Shown: positions 51,598-60,626 of the stretch, piece after piece
Layout of the letters: every line of letters begins with the position of its first letter
Numbering within the stretch: the stretch's first letter is position 1
NCBI GenBank assembly: GCA_016840405.1
Contig: JAEOSK010000007.1
Location: 1-64,000, forward strand
DNA: 64,000 bases
Origin: Candidatus Hermodarchaeum yapensis
GTDB taxonomy: Archaea; Asgardarchaeota; Hermodarchaeia; Hermodarchaeales; Hermodarchaeaceae
Direction: 5' to 3'
Translations under genes and position numbers: made by a program
Notes under the pieces: generated by a model
What the model saw: only the letters and a program-made list of their open reading frames with translations
What the model was told of the DNA's origin: nothing
Database searches by the model: none

Positions 51598-53088
51598 ATG
51601 GTAAAATCGCTGCTCGATGAAGTCATGACGGTGTCCCTCCGGCGAGGAATACTCTACCCTAGTGCAGAAATTTACGGGGGGCTTGCTGGCTTTTATGATT
51701 TCGGTCCAATAGGAGCGCGAATTCGAAACAATCTCATTGCTCTTTGGAGGAATCGTTTCATTGAGCGCAGAGACATCGTTTATGAGATAAGTGGAAATAC
51801 GATTCTACCTAGCCCCGTTTTCAAAGCTTCGGGTCATCTTGACCATTTCACCGATCCCTCAGCTGAATGTCAAAAGGGTCACGTTAGTCGCATTGATCAG
51901 TTAATTGAGGAAAAATTGCAAATTCACGCCGAAGGGAAATCCAATAAGGAATTGGCAGAAATCATTGCTCAAAATAAGATACGCTGTCCTGTGTGTGGCG
52001 ACCCTCTCGGTGAGGTAAAGAGTTTTGGACTGATGTTTGGGACCAACGTGGGTGGCGAACGGCGACAAGCTTTTCTTCGACCGGAAACAGCTCAAAATAT
52101 CTTTCTCGGGTTTAAACGTGTTCAAACTGCAACTCGGGCGAAATTACCATTTGGTGTTGCTCAAATTGGGCGGTCTTATCGTAATGAAATTTCTCCGCGC
52201 CAAAGTATCGTTCGTGTCCGTGAATTTAGCCAAATGGAAATTGAATACTTCATTGATCCTAACCAAATGAATGAATGTCCCTTTTTTGAAGAACTATCAG
52301 GAATCAAATTGAATCTGGTTACTCAGGAAGAGCAAGAAAAAGCAGCCAAGAAAAAGAGTACAGATTATTCTTCAATCCAAGTTACCGTCAAAGACGCGTA
52401 TGAGAAAAAGTATGTCCCCAATCAATGGATGGCCTGTACTCTTGGAGACGAAGTTGTTTTCTTCCAAGAACTGGGCATTCCTGAGAACGCTGTCCGGTTC
52501 CGGCATATGCGACCAGAAGAAACACCTCATTATAGTGGTGGCAACTTCGATTTAGAAATTCTATTCAGCTTTGGATGGAAAGAAGTCATCGGTAACGCCT
52601 ATCGGCAAGACCATGATCTCCGGTCCCACATGAATGGCAGTAAAAAAGACCTCAGCCTGGAACTAGAGGGTAAAAAGATAATTCCTCATGTCATCGAACC
52701 CTCATTTGGCATTGACCGAATGATCTACGCGATTTTAGAACACACTTATCGTCCAAAGAACAAAAGTCGGGGATGGTCCTGGTTCCAATTCCCTGTTAAC
52801 CTCGCACCGTATCATGCTGTAATCCTACCATTACTGAATCGCCCAGAACTCGAGGAAGCAGCAAGGCGTTTATACCAACAATGTAAACTACAAGGCCATT
52901 CCATCCTCTATGATGACCGTGGACGGATTGGACGACGCTATGCCCGGGCGGATGAAATAGGAATCCCCAAAGCGGTCACCATTGATCCACAGACTTTAGA
53001 TGACCAAACAGCTACTATCCGTGACCGAGATACGGCCCAACAGACTCGCCATCTTCTCAGTGAGATATCCATCTTACTTAAACCATGA
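51598..53088 (+). CDS. glyS: Glycine--tRNA ligase (alpha2, archaeal/eukaryotic type)
   Basis: EIYGG..GFYDFGP, LRPETAQ, RNEISPR, EPSFGIDR and IGRRYARADEIG motifs. Confidence 0.97.
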   Translation: MVKSLLDEVMTVSLRRGILYPSAEIYGGLAGFYDFGPIGARIRNNLIALWRNRFIERRDIVYEISGNTILPSPVFKASGHLDHFTDPSAECQKGHVSRIDQLIEEKLQIHAEGKSNKELAEIIAQNKIRCPVCGDPLGEVKSFGLMFGTNVGGERRQAFLRPETAQNIFLGFKRVQTATRAKLPFGVAQIGRSYRNEISPRQSIVRVREFSQMEIEYFIDPNQMNECPFFEELSGIKLNLVTQEEQEKAAKKKSTDYSSIQVTVKDAYEKKYVPNQWMACTLGDEVVFFQELGIPENAVRFRHMRPEETPHYSGGNFDLEILFSFGWKEVIGNAYRQDHDLRSHMNGSKKDLSLELEGKKIIPHVIEPSFGIDRMIYAILEHTYRPKNKSRGWSWFQFPVNLAPYHAVILPLLNRPELEEAARRLYQQCKLQGHSILYDDRGRIGRRYARADEIGIPKAVTIDPQTLDDQTATIRDRDTAQQTRHLLSEISILLKP

Positions 53089-53213
53089 GTGAAAAAATCA
53101 TGGTTTCATCTCACATCACTTCATAACGTATCCTTTTATTTCGTTTTCAACACCTCAGTAAATCATTTGACTTTCTCCTATGGTTCAATGAAGCTTAGGT
53201 TAGGTTGGATGTA

Positions 53214-53825
53214 ATGGCAAACCAACTTTCTTTACAGGAACGATTGAAAATTTACTGACGAATAACAGAACTCGGATCCCTTACCCGGCGTTATATAGTG
53301 ATTCGGGCCTTCGATGGTGCCCTCACCATTGTTGCCATTGTACTGGCCGCCCTCGCTGCAGCAGTCCTATTAGGTGCGGTGATGACACTTGATCAAGTGA
53401 TTCTTTTAGTTCGAGCTAGTTTAAGTGCTGGAATGGGTCTTGCAATTTCTAGTGGCTGGGGTGCCTATGAAGCGGAACGCGTTGAACAGAAAAAAGAGAT
53501 CCAGCACCTAGAACAACATATGCAACGACCCATGGATGGGTGTATGGTAGAATCCGCCCTAAAATTTGCTACAGGGTGGGCTTCCTTTATTCACGGTATT
53601 TCTCCTCTTCCTGCCGCAATTCTTCCACTAATTCCCCTGGTTTTATTCCCCGCAGATTTTATCATGGCGGCAGCAATTTCGGTCATCATCGCAATGATTT
53701 TCCTCTTTATTTTGGGCGTGTGGATGGGACGAATTTCTAAAACCAATATGCTATTTGGAGGTCTTCGAATGGTGATAATTGGACTTATCACCGCTCTCAT
53801 TTGTGTGCTCATTGGTGCCCATTGA
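53214..53825 (+). CDS. VIT1/CCC1-family transporter-like protein with in-frame TGA near the 5' end
   Basis: RRYIV..AFDG.LT, GAYEAER.E motifs. ATG at 53214 is in frame, but TGA at 53256 interrupts it; the track starts at GTG 53298. Confidence 0.75.
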
Positions 53826-53841
53826 TTGTGAACCCGAAATT

Positions 53842-55752
53842 TCACTTGGAATCCAATTGAACTTTGATAGCTGAGCGAAGAAGCTCATTCACAAGTTTTC
53901 CATCGGCTCGACCGCGAACTTCCTTCATGACCATTCCCATCAGGGGTCCCATCGCCCGGTCTCCTCGCTCTGAAATCATCTTACTATTTTCTTTCACGAT
54001 TGTATCAACAATCGCCTTGAGTTCCCCCTTTGAAATAGCACCCAATCCTAGGTTTTGAACGGCTTCTTCAACCGCAGCCTGTGGATTCTTTGCTAGCCAT
54101 GTGAAAAGGTCAGGAATGGCTTCTTTTGCAAACAGGTTTTCTGCCAGGTGGTCAAATATGAGAATAATCTGATCTTCAGGAATATCGTCGACAGCAACTC
54201 CTTCTCGTTCCAGATTTCGCCAAGTTGTTTCAAGGGACGCTGCAACCGTGACAGCTAGCTGGGGATGACTTTTCGTAATTTGCTCAAATAGGTCAATCCG
54301 AAGCGAACGTATCATAATTTGAGCGAGTTCGTCACTCAGGTGAAACTCTTTCTTAAATTTCTGTAACTTTTCTTCAGGTAACTCAGGTAATGCTTGTCGT
54401 ATTCGGTCCAGGCGCTGCTGTGTTACGGTAACTGGAGCCACATCGGTTTCTGGGTACATACGGGCGGCACCAGGACGTGGACGTGAATAACGGGTTGTTC
54501 CATCACCCAGAGGACCTCGAGTCTCTGCAGGTACTCTCTTCAAAGCTTCTCGTGTACGATCTGCAACAGCATTCAACGCATCTCTGGCTTCTTGTTTGGG
54601 TGCAGCTACGATGATTATGGCATCAGACTGAGTAGTCTTAAGGTGTTTATGGAGCCGTTTTATCTCTTCAGCAGTTATTCCATAATTTGGTAATTCATCG
54701 GTATGAAACAGCCCTTTCACTCCTCCCCAAAATTGAGCATAATCGGCCAACTCGCTTCCAAAGCGTCGACCTGGCTGTAGTTCCCAGCCAACAAGTCCTG
54801 CGAATCCTGGGAGAATGAGAGCGAAAACACCCTCCTTATGCTTCAAAGCTCCTTTGATAACTTTACTTGTACTGGTCTTGAATAGCGGAGTTACATCATG
54901 AATTTCGTTATTAATTTGTCCTGCCCGCACTCCGCGGTTCTTCAATTCTTCACGGAGTTTGAGGAGCTCAACTTGTCGTTGGACCTCATATTGGACTACT
55001 TGTCCAATGAGATTGAGTTTCTGAACTCCCTTGATTTCAATAATCGCTCCGCCTTTAATCGACACATTAATGTCTTGACGGATAGTTCCTAGACCCCGTT
55101 TCACCTTGCCCGTGACACGGAAAATCTGACCAATTCGTAGGGCAGTAGCTTGTACTTGTTCAGGTGTCTTCATAGCTGGGGCTGTGGCAACTTCAATAAG
55201 GGGTATTCCCAACCGATCCAATCGCCAATAGGTATTGGTGCCGTCTTCTCGAATTTTTCGGGCTGCATCTTCTTCAACCCCGATTGTTTGAATAGGAACA
55301 GTGAATCCATTCACGTTTATGGCTCCGCCAAATGCCACTACAACACTTCGCTGGAATCCCGTGGTGTTACTACCGTCGATAACCAATTTTCGCATTACTT
55401 GAATTTCATCAACTGGTTGTGAATCCATGAGTAAGGAGATTTCGAGGGCAAAATCCACAGCTTCCTTGTCTAGTAGGTGGGGTGGTTCTTCATCCTGTTC
55501 AACAAGGCAGATGCTGTCATCATAGTTCTCATATACATGAACACGACCTTTGTGAAATTCAAACAGTGCCGCTGGGTCAATTTCACCTAATTCACTTTGA
55601 GTAGGTCGTAAACGGCGGAGAAAGGTGAAATGTGGCTCATCTTCGCGAATCTGAGTGGGACAATTGCAAAACAGTTTAGTTTTGGTGTCAAGCTGCTGGT
55701 GGACTTCAATTCCAATTAGAGCGCCGACCTTTTCATAATCAACTTTGGTCAT
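53842..55752 (-). CDS. gatE: Glu-tRNA(Gln) amidotransferase subunit E
   Basis: GIEVHQQL.T..KLFC, VIDGSNTTGFQR, RGLGTIRQD and RPRPGAARMYPETD motifs. Confidence 0.97.
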   Translation of the reverse strand: MTKVDYEKVGALIGIEVHQQLDTKTKLFCNCPTQIREDEPHFTFLRRLRPTQSELGEIDPAALFEFHKGRVHVYENYDDSICLVEQDEEPPHLLDKEAVDFALEISLLMDSQPVDEIQVMRKLVIDGSNTTGFQRSVVVAFGGAINVNGFTVPIQTIGVEEDAARKIREDGTNTYWRLDRLGIPLIEVATAPAMKTPEQVQATALRIGQIFRVTGKVKRGLGTIRQDINVSIKGGAIIEIKGVQKLNLIGQVVQYEVQRQVELLKLREELKNRGVRAGQINNEIHDVTPLFKTSTSKVIKGALKHKEGVFALILPGFAGLVGWELQPGRRFGSELADYAQFWGGVKGLFHTDELPNYGITAEEIKRLHKHLKTTQSDAIIIVAAPKQEARDALNAVADRTREALKRVPAETRGPLGDGTTRYSRPRPGAARMYPETDVAPVTVTQQRLDRIRQALPELPEEKLQKFKKEFHLSDELAQIMIRSLRIDLFEQITKSHPQLAVTVAASLETTWRNLEREGVAVDDIPEDQIILIFDHLAENLFAKEAIPDLFTWLAKNPQAAVEEAVQNLGLGAISKGELKAIVDTIVKENSKMISERGDRAMGPLMGMVMKEVRGRADGKLVNELLRSAIKVQLDSK

Positions 55753-57104
55753 TGGTCCCTCATCTCTTCATACTGACTCCGCTTGCTACACTCAGTTATT
55801 TCTCCGGCGATGTTGTGAAGCATTTGTTTTTGGACTTCTTTCAAATCTCGAGTCTGAGCCAGTACCCACATGAGTTTGACATAAGCGGTTTCTGCTATCA
55901 TGTCCTCGGCAGGAATTACACCTCGTTGGACCAGTTCAACTCCTGTTCGGTAGACACGCATTTGGACTCGACCCCATATACATTGAGATGTCATAACCAC
56001 CGGGATGGTTTCTGAAGTTGCCCGTTCTATTGCCTTTAGCAAGGCTTTAGGCGCGTGTCCTAACCCGGTTCCTTCAACAACAATTCCATGGTAACCCCGG
56101 TCGATGAGAGAATCAATCCGGTCTCCTGTCATTCCTGGTGTGGTTTTTACCAAGGCCACCTTTGGATCAAATTTCGGTAGTAGCTGTAATTTCCGTTTAG
56201 GATTGCGATGATGGTACGTAGAATCTTCTGCCAGTATCTGAACCTGTCCGTTCTTAACTTCACCAAACAAATCGGTGTTAATTGTAAGGAATGCATCTCG
56301 ACGGCTTGTATGGCACTTTCGAACCTGTGTTCCTCGATGTAGGGCAATGCTGGTATCGTCAGGGCTACGATGCATAGCAATTACTACTTCAGCAAAGGGA
56401 CCCTGGGAAGCAGCAATGGCAGCACCAGTTAGATTCAACGCAGCATCTGAGGATGGCCGATCAGACGAGCGTTGTGAGCCAGTTAAGATTACTGGGCCAG
56501 GTAGGTTTTGAAGCGCAAAGCTGAGTGCTGCTGCGGTATACCCCATGGTGTCAGTGCCATGCGCAATTATTACTCCAGCTGATTCTTCCAAGTGTTTCGC
56601 CGTTTGTTTTGCAATTGTGGTCCAATGACTTGGAAGTAAATCTTCACTAAAGACACTGAACAGCACCTCTGCCTGGATATTCGCCAATTCACCGAGTTCT
56701 GGTACAACCGTATACAAATCATCAGCCGTTAACGCTGGATTCACGGCGCCAGTGTGATAATCGACGCGACTAGCAATCGTTCCGCCAGTACTAAGAATGC
56801 TAATCAAAGGTAATCCTTTCTTCGTTTTGCGGGTTACGGATGGAAGATCGGGTTTTACCTTTCTCCCCTTTTTTAATCGAGTGAGTTGTTGGATATTATC
56901 AATATGAATTCCAATATTGTACCCGGTATCAAGTTTGATGATGATATGTTTGTCATCAGCACCGATTTCTGCTCGGGGGATTACAATGCCCTCAAAGGTG
57001 TTCTGGGCTGTTTGAATTTGAATTCGGTCCCCGATTTTGATCTTTGCCTTTTGGAGTGTTTGTTCTGCTTCACCTAAATACCCTGCAGGTTCTTCAGATG
57101 TCAT
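55749..57104 (-). CDS. gatD: Glu-tRNA(Gln) amidotransferase subunit D
   Basis: TGGTIASRVDY.TG, HGTDTM and GSQRSSDRPSSD motifs; ATGA overlap with gatE. Confidence 0.97.
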   Translation of the reverse strand: MTSEEPAGYLGEAEQTLQKAKIKIGDRIQIQTAQNTFEGIVIPRAEIGADDKHIIIKLDTGYNIGIHIDNIQQLTRLKKGRKVKPDLPSVTRKTKKGLPLISILSTGGTIASRVDYHTGAVNPALTADDLYTVVPELGELANIQAEVLFSVFSEDLLPSHWTTIAKQTAKHLEESAGVIIAHGTDTMGYTAAALSFALQNLPGPVILTGSQRSSDRPSSDAALNLTGAAIAASQGPFAEVVIAMHRSPDDTSIALHRGTQVRKCHTSRRDAFLTINTDLFGEVKNGQVQILAEDSTYHHRNPKRKLQLLPKFDPKVALVKTTPGMTGDRIDSLIDRGYHGIVVEGTGLGHAPKALLKAIERATSETIPVVMTSQCIWGRVQMRVYRTGVELVQRGVIPAEDMIAETAYVKLMWVLAQTRDLKEVQKQMLHNIAGEITECSKRSQYEEMRDQ

Positions 57105-57229
57105 ATTGATAAACCGCCTGTAGGATGTTGTGATTCTTTGCTTTTAGGACTTTGCCCAAGCCGATTTCGAGTTTCTTCACTCAGCTATGCGAAAGAAAAA
57201 TCGACATTCTGAATTTGGGGTTCGAATTG

Positions 57230-58600
57230 CTAGAAGATTCGTCGACGGAAACGATAGAGAACAAGGCCAATAATCGCAATGATAATGATGATCACACCGA
57301 TTTGGATGAGGAGGGTTTCACTGGCGAGGAGTCCACTAGTGATAGTGAGATTTTCTGTTGTTGAGGTGAAAGTGTACTGGTCTGAGAAGTAATCGACACC
57401 AATCACTCTTACCGCAGGGTATTCGTAACTTCCTTCTACTATTGCCATGACGGTGTATTCCAGTGTTACATTTTCCCCAGCTGGCAAATCAAATACTGTA
57501 GCTGAGGCAGCTCCTCCTGCTAGCTGGACTATTCCATCTTCAATTGCTTGGAGATCATTGATAATGACCTGAGAGAACGGCACATCACCAGTGTTAATGA
57601 CGGTGATTTCTACGGTAAGTGTATCACCACGACGAAGGAGATTGGTATTCATTTCCCGCGACACTAAGAGCGCTGATGTAGGTACTTGGAACCAGACGGT
57701 GTAATCAAAATCTTGTGGACTAAGATTGAAATCATATTCTTCAATTCCGATTGGGAAATAGGGAAAGATTGCGTTCTCGAAGGTTTCAACAGGAAGCCCG
57801 TCAGTGATCATACGGTAAGAAGGACCATCGACAGTAAAGGTTCCAGATCCGTTGAGGATTAGGGGATTTGTGCGACCCATTGCCCTACCAAGACTGAAAA
57901 TGTAGGTATTACCATCAAGTTCTGTCGCACCAGGAATCCTATATGTAAAAGTGACACGAGCATCTTGATCAGACCATTCAAAGTAGATGCGATATTGTGA
58001 TAATACCGCAGCAATCCCGGTTGCATTGAATCCATTGATCAGGTACCCAGTTGCGTTATCCACTTGATAGAAAGTGAGATTAAGAAACATCTCATGGGAT
58101 GCAATTGCGTCATTAAACGTCCACAGAGTTTGGTTCTCATATTCGGTAAAGTTGAAGCTACTAAATGAGGGCCAGTCGTCCAAAGGAACATAGTTTGTAG
58201 CAGTATAATTTAGGAAGTCTGTTGCTTCTTCAGCCGTTGTTTCATTGTCTAGTGGAAATGCCGTGATAGTAACATTTCCAGGATTTCCATCCCAAATTCC
58301 ACCTTCAATAAAACCAGATTGTGTCCAATTAAGTAGCGGATTGAAGGGAGATTGATCCATGGTCCGTGGTTCACCTGACCATGAAATCACAGCAGTGTCA
58401 TTATAGAAATACTTTGACTCCAATGATACACTAACCCAGTCAGCAAGGCCATTTGGGATTATTGGAGTTTTCGAGCTTGCTTCAAGAGTTGGTGGAGAAC
58501 CAACTCCCCCGTTTATCATTATAAAGGCTGGTGCTATGGGGCTGATGAAGAGAACACCAAACAGGAACACCATTGAAATCATAGATAACTTACTAGTCAC
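57230..58600 (-). CDS. Surface glycoprotein with C-terminal TRAP-beta/BatD-like Ig domain and TM anchor
   Basis: Signal peptide, many N-x-S/T sites, LLVSR.....GD.LTV.I.V.N.G...LPAGENVTL.Y, TM followed by RFRRR. Confidence 0.75.
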   Translation of the reverse strand: MTSKLSMISMVFLFGVLFISPIAPAFIMINGGVGSPPTLEASSKTPIIPNGLADWVSVSLESKYFYNDTAVISWSGEPRTMDQSPFNPLLNWTQSGFIEGGIWDGNPGNVTITAFPLDNETTAEEATDFLNYTATNYVPLDDWPSFSSFNFTEYENQTLWTFNDAIASHEMFLNLTFYQVDNATGYLINGFNATGIAAVLSQYRIYFEWSDQDARVTFTYRIPGATELDGNTYIFSLGRAMGRTNPLILNGSGTFTVDGPSYRMITDGLPVETFENAIFPYFPIGIEEYDFNLSPQDFDYTVWFQVPTSALLVSREMNTNLLRRGDTLTVEITVINTGDVPFSQVIINDLQAIEDGIVQLAGGAASATVFDLPAGENVTLEYTVMAIVEGSYEYPAVRVIGVDYFSDQYTFTSTTENLTITSGLLASETLLIQIGVIIIIIAIIGLVLYRFRRRIF

Positions 58601-58787
58601 AATTGCACACCAACATGCGGCTGAAACCGCGTATCAGGTTGAACCCGAATGCTCGAAGGTTTTTAAAAGATTTTCTGGTAGGAGCATTTCTTAAAAAATA
58701 ACTTGATAATTACTCTCCTGTCATCGTGAATTGAAAGAGGAAAAGAAAATTTGTCAAAACTAACATGGGATTTTATCTATTTTCACT

Positions 58788-58989
58788 AGAGAAAATCAAA
58801 CCATTCAATGTTGGGAGGAATCACGGGGTTTAAATCATCCTTTATCAAACCACTGTTGAGGTCCTGATGGGTGTCTTAGAATCACGGCACCATAAAACTG
58901 AGCAACATCGCAAGAACTGCAAGTAGAGCCTGTGGAGCTGTCTCACCAGGGAAGCAGGAAGCCCACTCCATGAGGTGTGGGCAGTTCAC
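58788..58989 (+). mobile_element. Second, degenerate IS200/IS605 mini-element homologous to 34162-34373
   Basis: Colinear shared blocks GAGAAAA, GAATC, GTTTAAAT, GAGGTCC, GGCACCAT, GCAACATCGC, AGTAGAGCCTGTGGA, CAGGAAGC, AGTTCAC. Confidence 0.78.
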
Positions 58990-59201
58990 CCACCGGCAAT
59001 AATTGGTAACACAATAACTCGTTGTCCTTCTTCGATGGCATCTTCGAGTGATACTCGTTTGCCATCGACAAGGACAACAAAGTGTCTGTGAAGCAAACCC
59101 AATTCCTTTAAAAGCTCGCGAACCGTTTTGGACTTTGTCAGTCGGATCTCAGAAAAACCATTGCTCAATGCCATGTCGGTGTAATCAATTTCGGATTCCA
59201 T
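58986..59201 (-). CDS. Ubiquitin-like SAMP / MoaD-ThiS family protein
   Basis: TVRELLKELGL...VVLVDG...VIVLPIIAGG with C-terminal diglycine. Confidence 0.88.
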   Translation of the reverse strand: MESEIDYTDMALSNGFSEIRLTKSKTVRELLKELGLLHRHFVVLVDGKRVSLEDAIEEGQRVIVLPIIAGG

Positions 59202-59309
59202 CGATGTTCACCCGCAACGCTAACCTCCCATCCCTTCCTACAGATAAAAATATATCCGGCTCGAACTGCTAACAGGTCAGGTGTACCGAATTCCTTATTC
59301 ACGCCCAAT

Positions 59310-59386
59310 GGGCCCGTGGCCAAGCTGGATAAGGCACCGGCCCTCTAAGCCGGTAATCGAGGGTTCAAATCCCTCCGGGCCCGCCA
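59310..59386 (+). tRNA. tRNA-Arg(TCT), CCA encoded
   Basis: Acceptor stem GGGCCCG/CGGGCCC, anticodon stem CCGGC/GCCGG with loop CCTCTAA, T-arm GAGGG-TTCAAAT-CCCTC, 3' GCCA. Confidence 0.92.
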
Positions 59387-59459
59387 CTTCACCTTATTCA
59401 CTCTTGCCATAATTTTTTCTTATGATAAGAGAATAGGGCTGACAAATAACGGTGGAACT

Positions 59460-60059
59460 ATGACTGCTAATCAATCCAATGGTCGTCCTGTGATGCGACT
59501 CCGATACTTGGTCCCCTATAGTCTGATTTTCTTTTTTGTTCCCATTCTAACTTTTATTATCGGTCGTTGGGTTGACCAATTATTTCAACTCCCTTCTTTC
59601 CCACCGTTTCCTTTCAACGTCTTCTTCGGAGTGGGAATAATGCTAATTGGGGCTGCAATTGGAATTAAAGCCACACGACAATTACGCTATACTGGAAAGG
59701 GGTTACCGTGGGGCGCATTGGATGAAGAAGCCAAAACGAAATTCTTGGTAACTAAAGGGATTTACTCTCACACTCGAAATCCCGTCGTGTTAGGCTACAT
59801 GTTATTGCCACTCGGGATGGGTTTCCTTTTTCATTCATTGGGGATGGCAATACTATTTCCTGCAGTAATTTTACTTATCATGATAATCCGAATCAAAAAA
59901 TGGGAAGAACCTGATTTGGAGAAACGCTTTGGTGAAAAATACCTTGAGTATAAACACAAGACACCCTTTCTTTTACCTCGAATACGACCAGTGCTTATTG
60001 GCTTCTTTACACGAAGGCGAACCAAGCCAGAGTCTAAAGATTCATCTACTCCTTCTTGA
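59460..60059 (+). CDS. ICMT/PEMT-family membrane methyltransferase
   Basis: LVTKGIYSHTRNP...EE..LEKRFG..YLEYK..TP motif. Confidence 0.85.
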   Translation: MTANQSNGRPVMRLRYLVPYSLIFFFVPILTFIIGRWVDQLFQLPSFPPFPFNVFFGVGIMLIGAAIGIKATRQLRYTGKGLPWGALDEEAKTKFLVTKGIYSHTRNPVVLGYMLLPLGMGFLFHSLGMAILFPAVILLIMIIRIKKWEEPDLEKRFGEKYLEYKHKTPFLLPRIRPVLIGFFTRRRTKPESKDSSTPS

Positions 60060-60615
60060 ATCGTTCCTGAAACATTTTAACTGCGGTGAGAATGATTTGT
60101 TCAGCTGCAGATGAATCCTTCCATTCTTTCACTTTCACCCACTTATGTGGCTCGAGTTTCTTATAACTAACAAAAAAGTCAGCTATTTCGGCACGGAGAT
60201 GGTGTGCCATCGTCGAACAATCCAAGACTTCATCGAACCGAGGATCGTTAACGGGTACTGCGATGACTTTATCATCTTCACCCTTCTCGTCTTCCATGGT
60301 CAAGATGCCGATTGGTCGCGCTTCCATAATACAGCCTGTGAAAGTAGGTTTTGTAGTCAATACAAGGATATCAAGTGGATCGTCATCTTCATACCAAGTT
60401 TGTGGAATAATCCCATAATCACCAGGAAAATACAACGCAGAATAGAGTACACGGTCTAACCGAAAAATACCCAGTTTAATATCGTATTCATATTTATTAC
60501 TGACACCATTAGGCACTTCCACAATGGAATAGATGCGTTTAGGAGGATCTGGACCTGGAGGCAGATCCCACCAAAGATTTGTCAATCCATTACGCTCCGT
60601 AACAAGAATATACAA
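60046..60615 (-). CDS. ppa: Inorganic pyrophosphatase (family I)
   Basis: NKYEYD, LDRVL, YPGDYG-like FPGDYG, DDDPLD and DEKGEDDK motifs. Confidence 0.96.
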   Translation of the reverse strand: MYILVTERNGLTNLWWDLPPGPDPPKRIYSIVEVPNGVSNKYEYDIKLGIFRLDRVLYSALYFPGDYGIIPQTWYEDDDPLDILVLTTKPTFTGCIMEARPIGILTMEDEKGEDDKVIAVPVNDPRFDEVLDCSTMAHHLRAEIADFFVSYKKLEPHKWVKVKEWKDSSAAEQIILTAVKMFQERFKKE

Positions 60616-60626
60616 TCATTAGGGAA

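Noticed and set aside
53256-53258. Selenocysteine or genome-wide TGA recoding
   Set aside because: The position is not a redox Cys-type site, no SECIS was recognised, and many genes here end normally in TGA.
59310-59386. Amber suppressor / tRNA-Pyl (CTA within the loop)
   Set aside because: The stem register centres TCT, and the body is a standard Arg-type tRNA.
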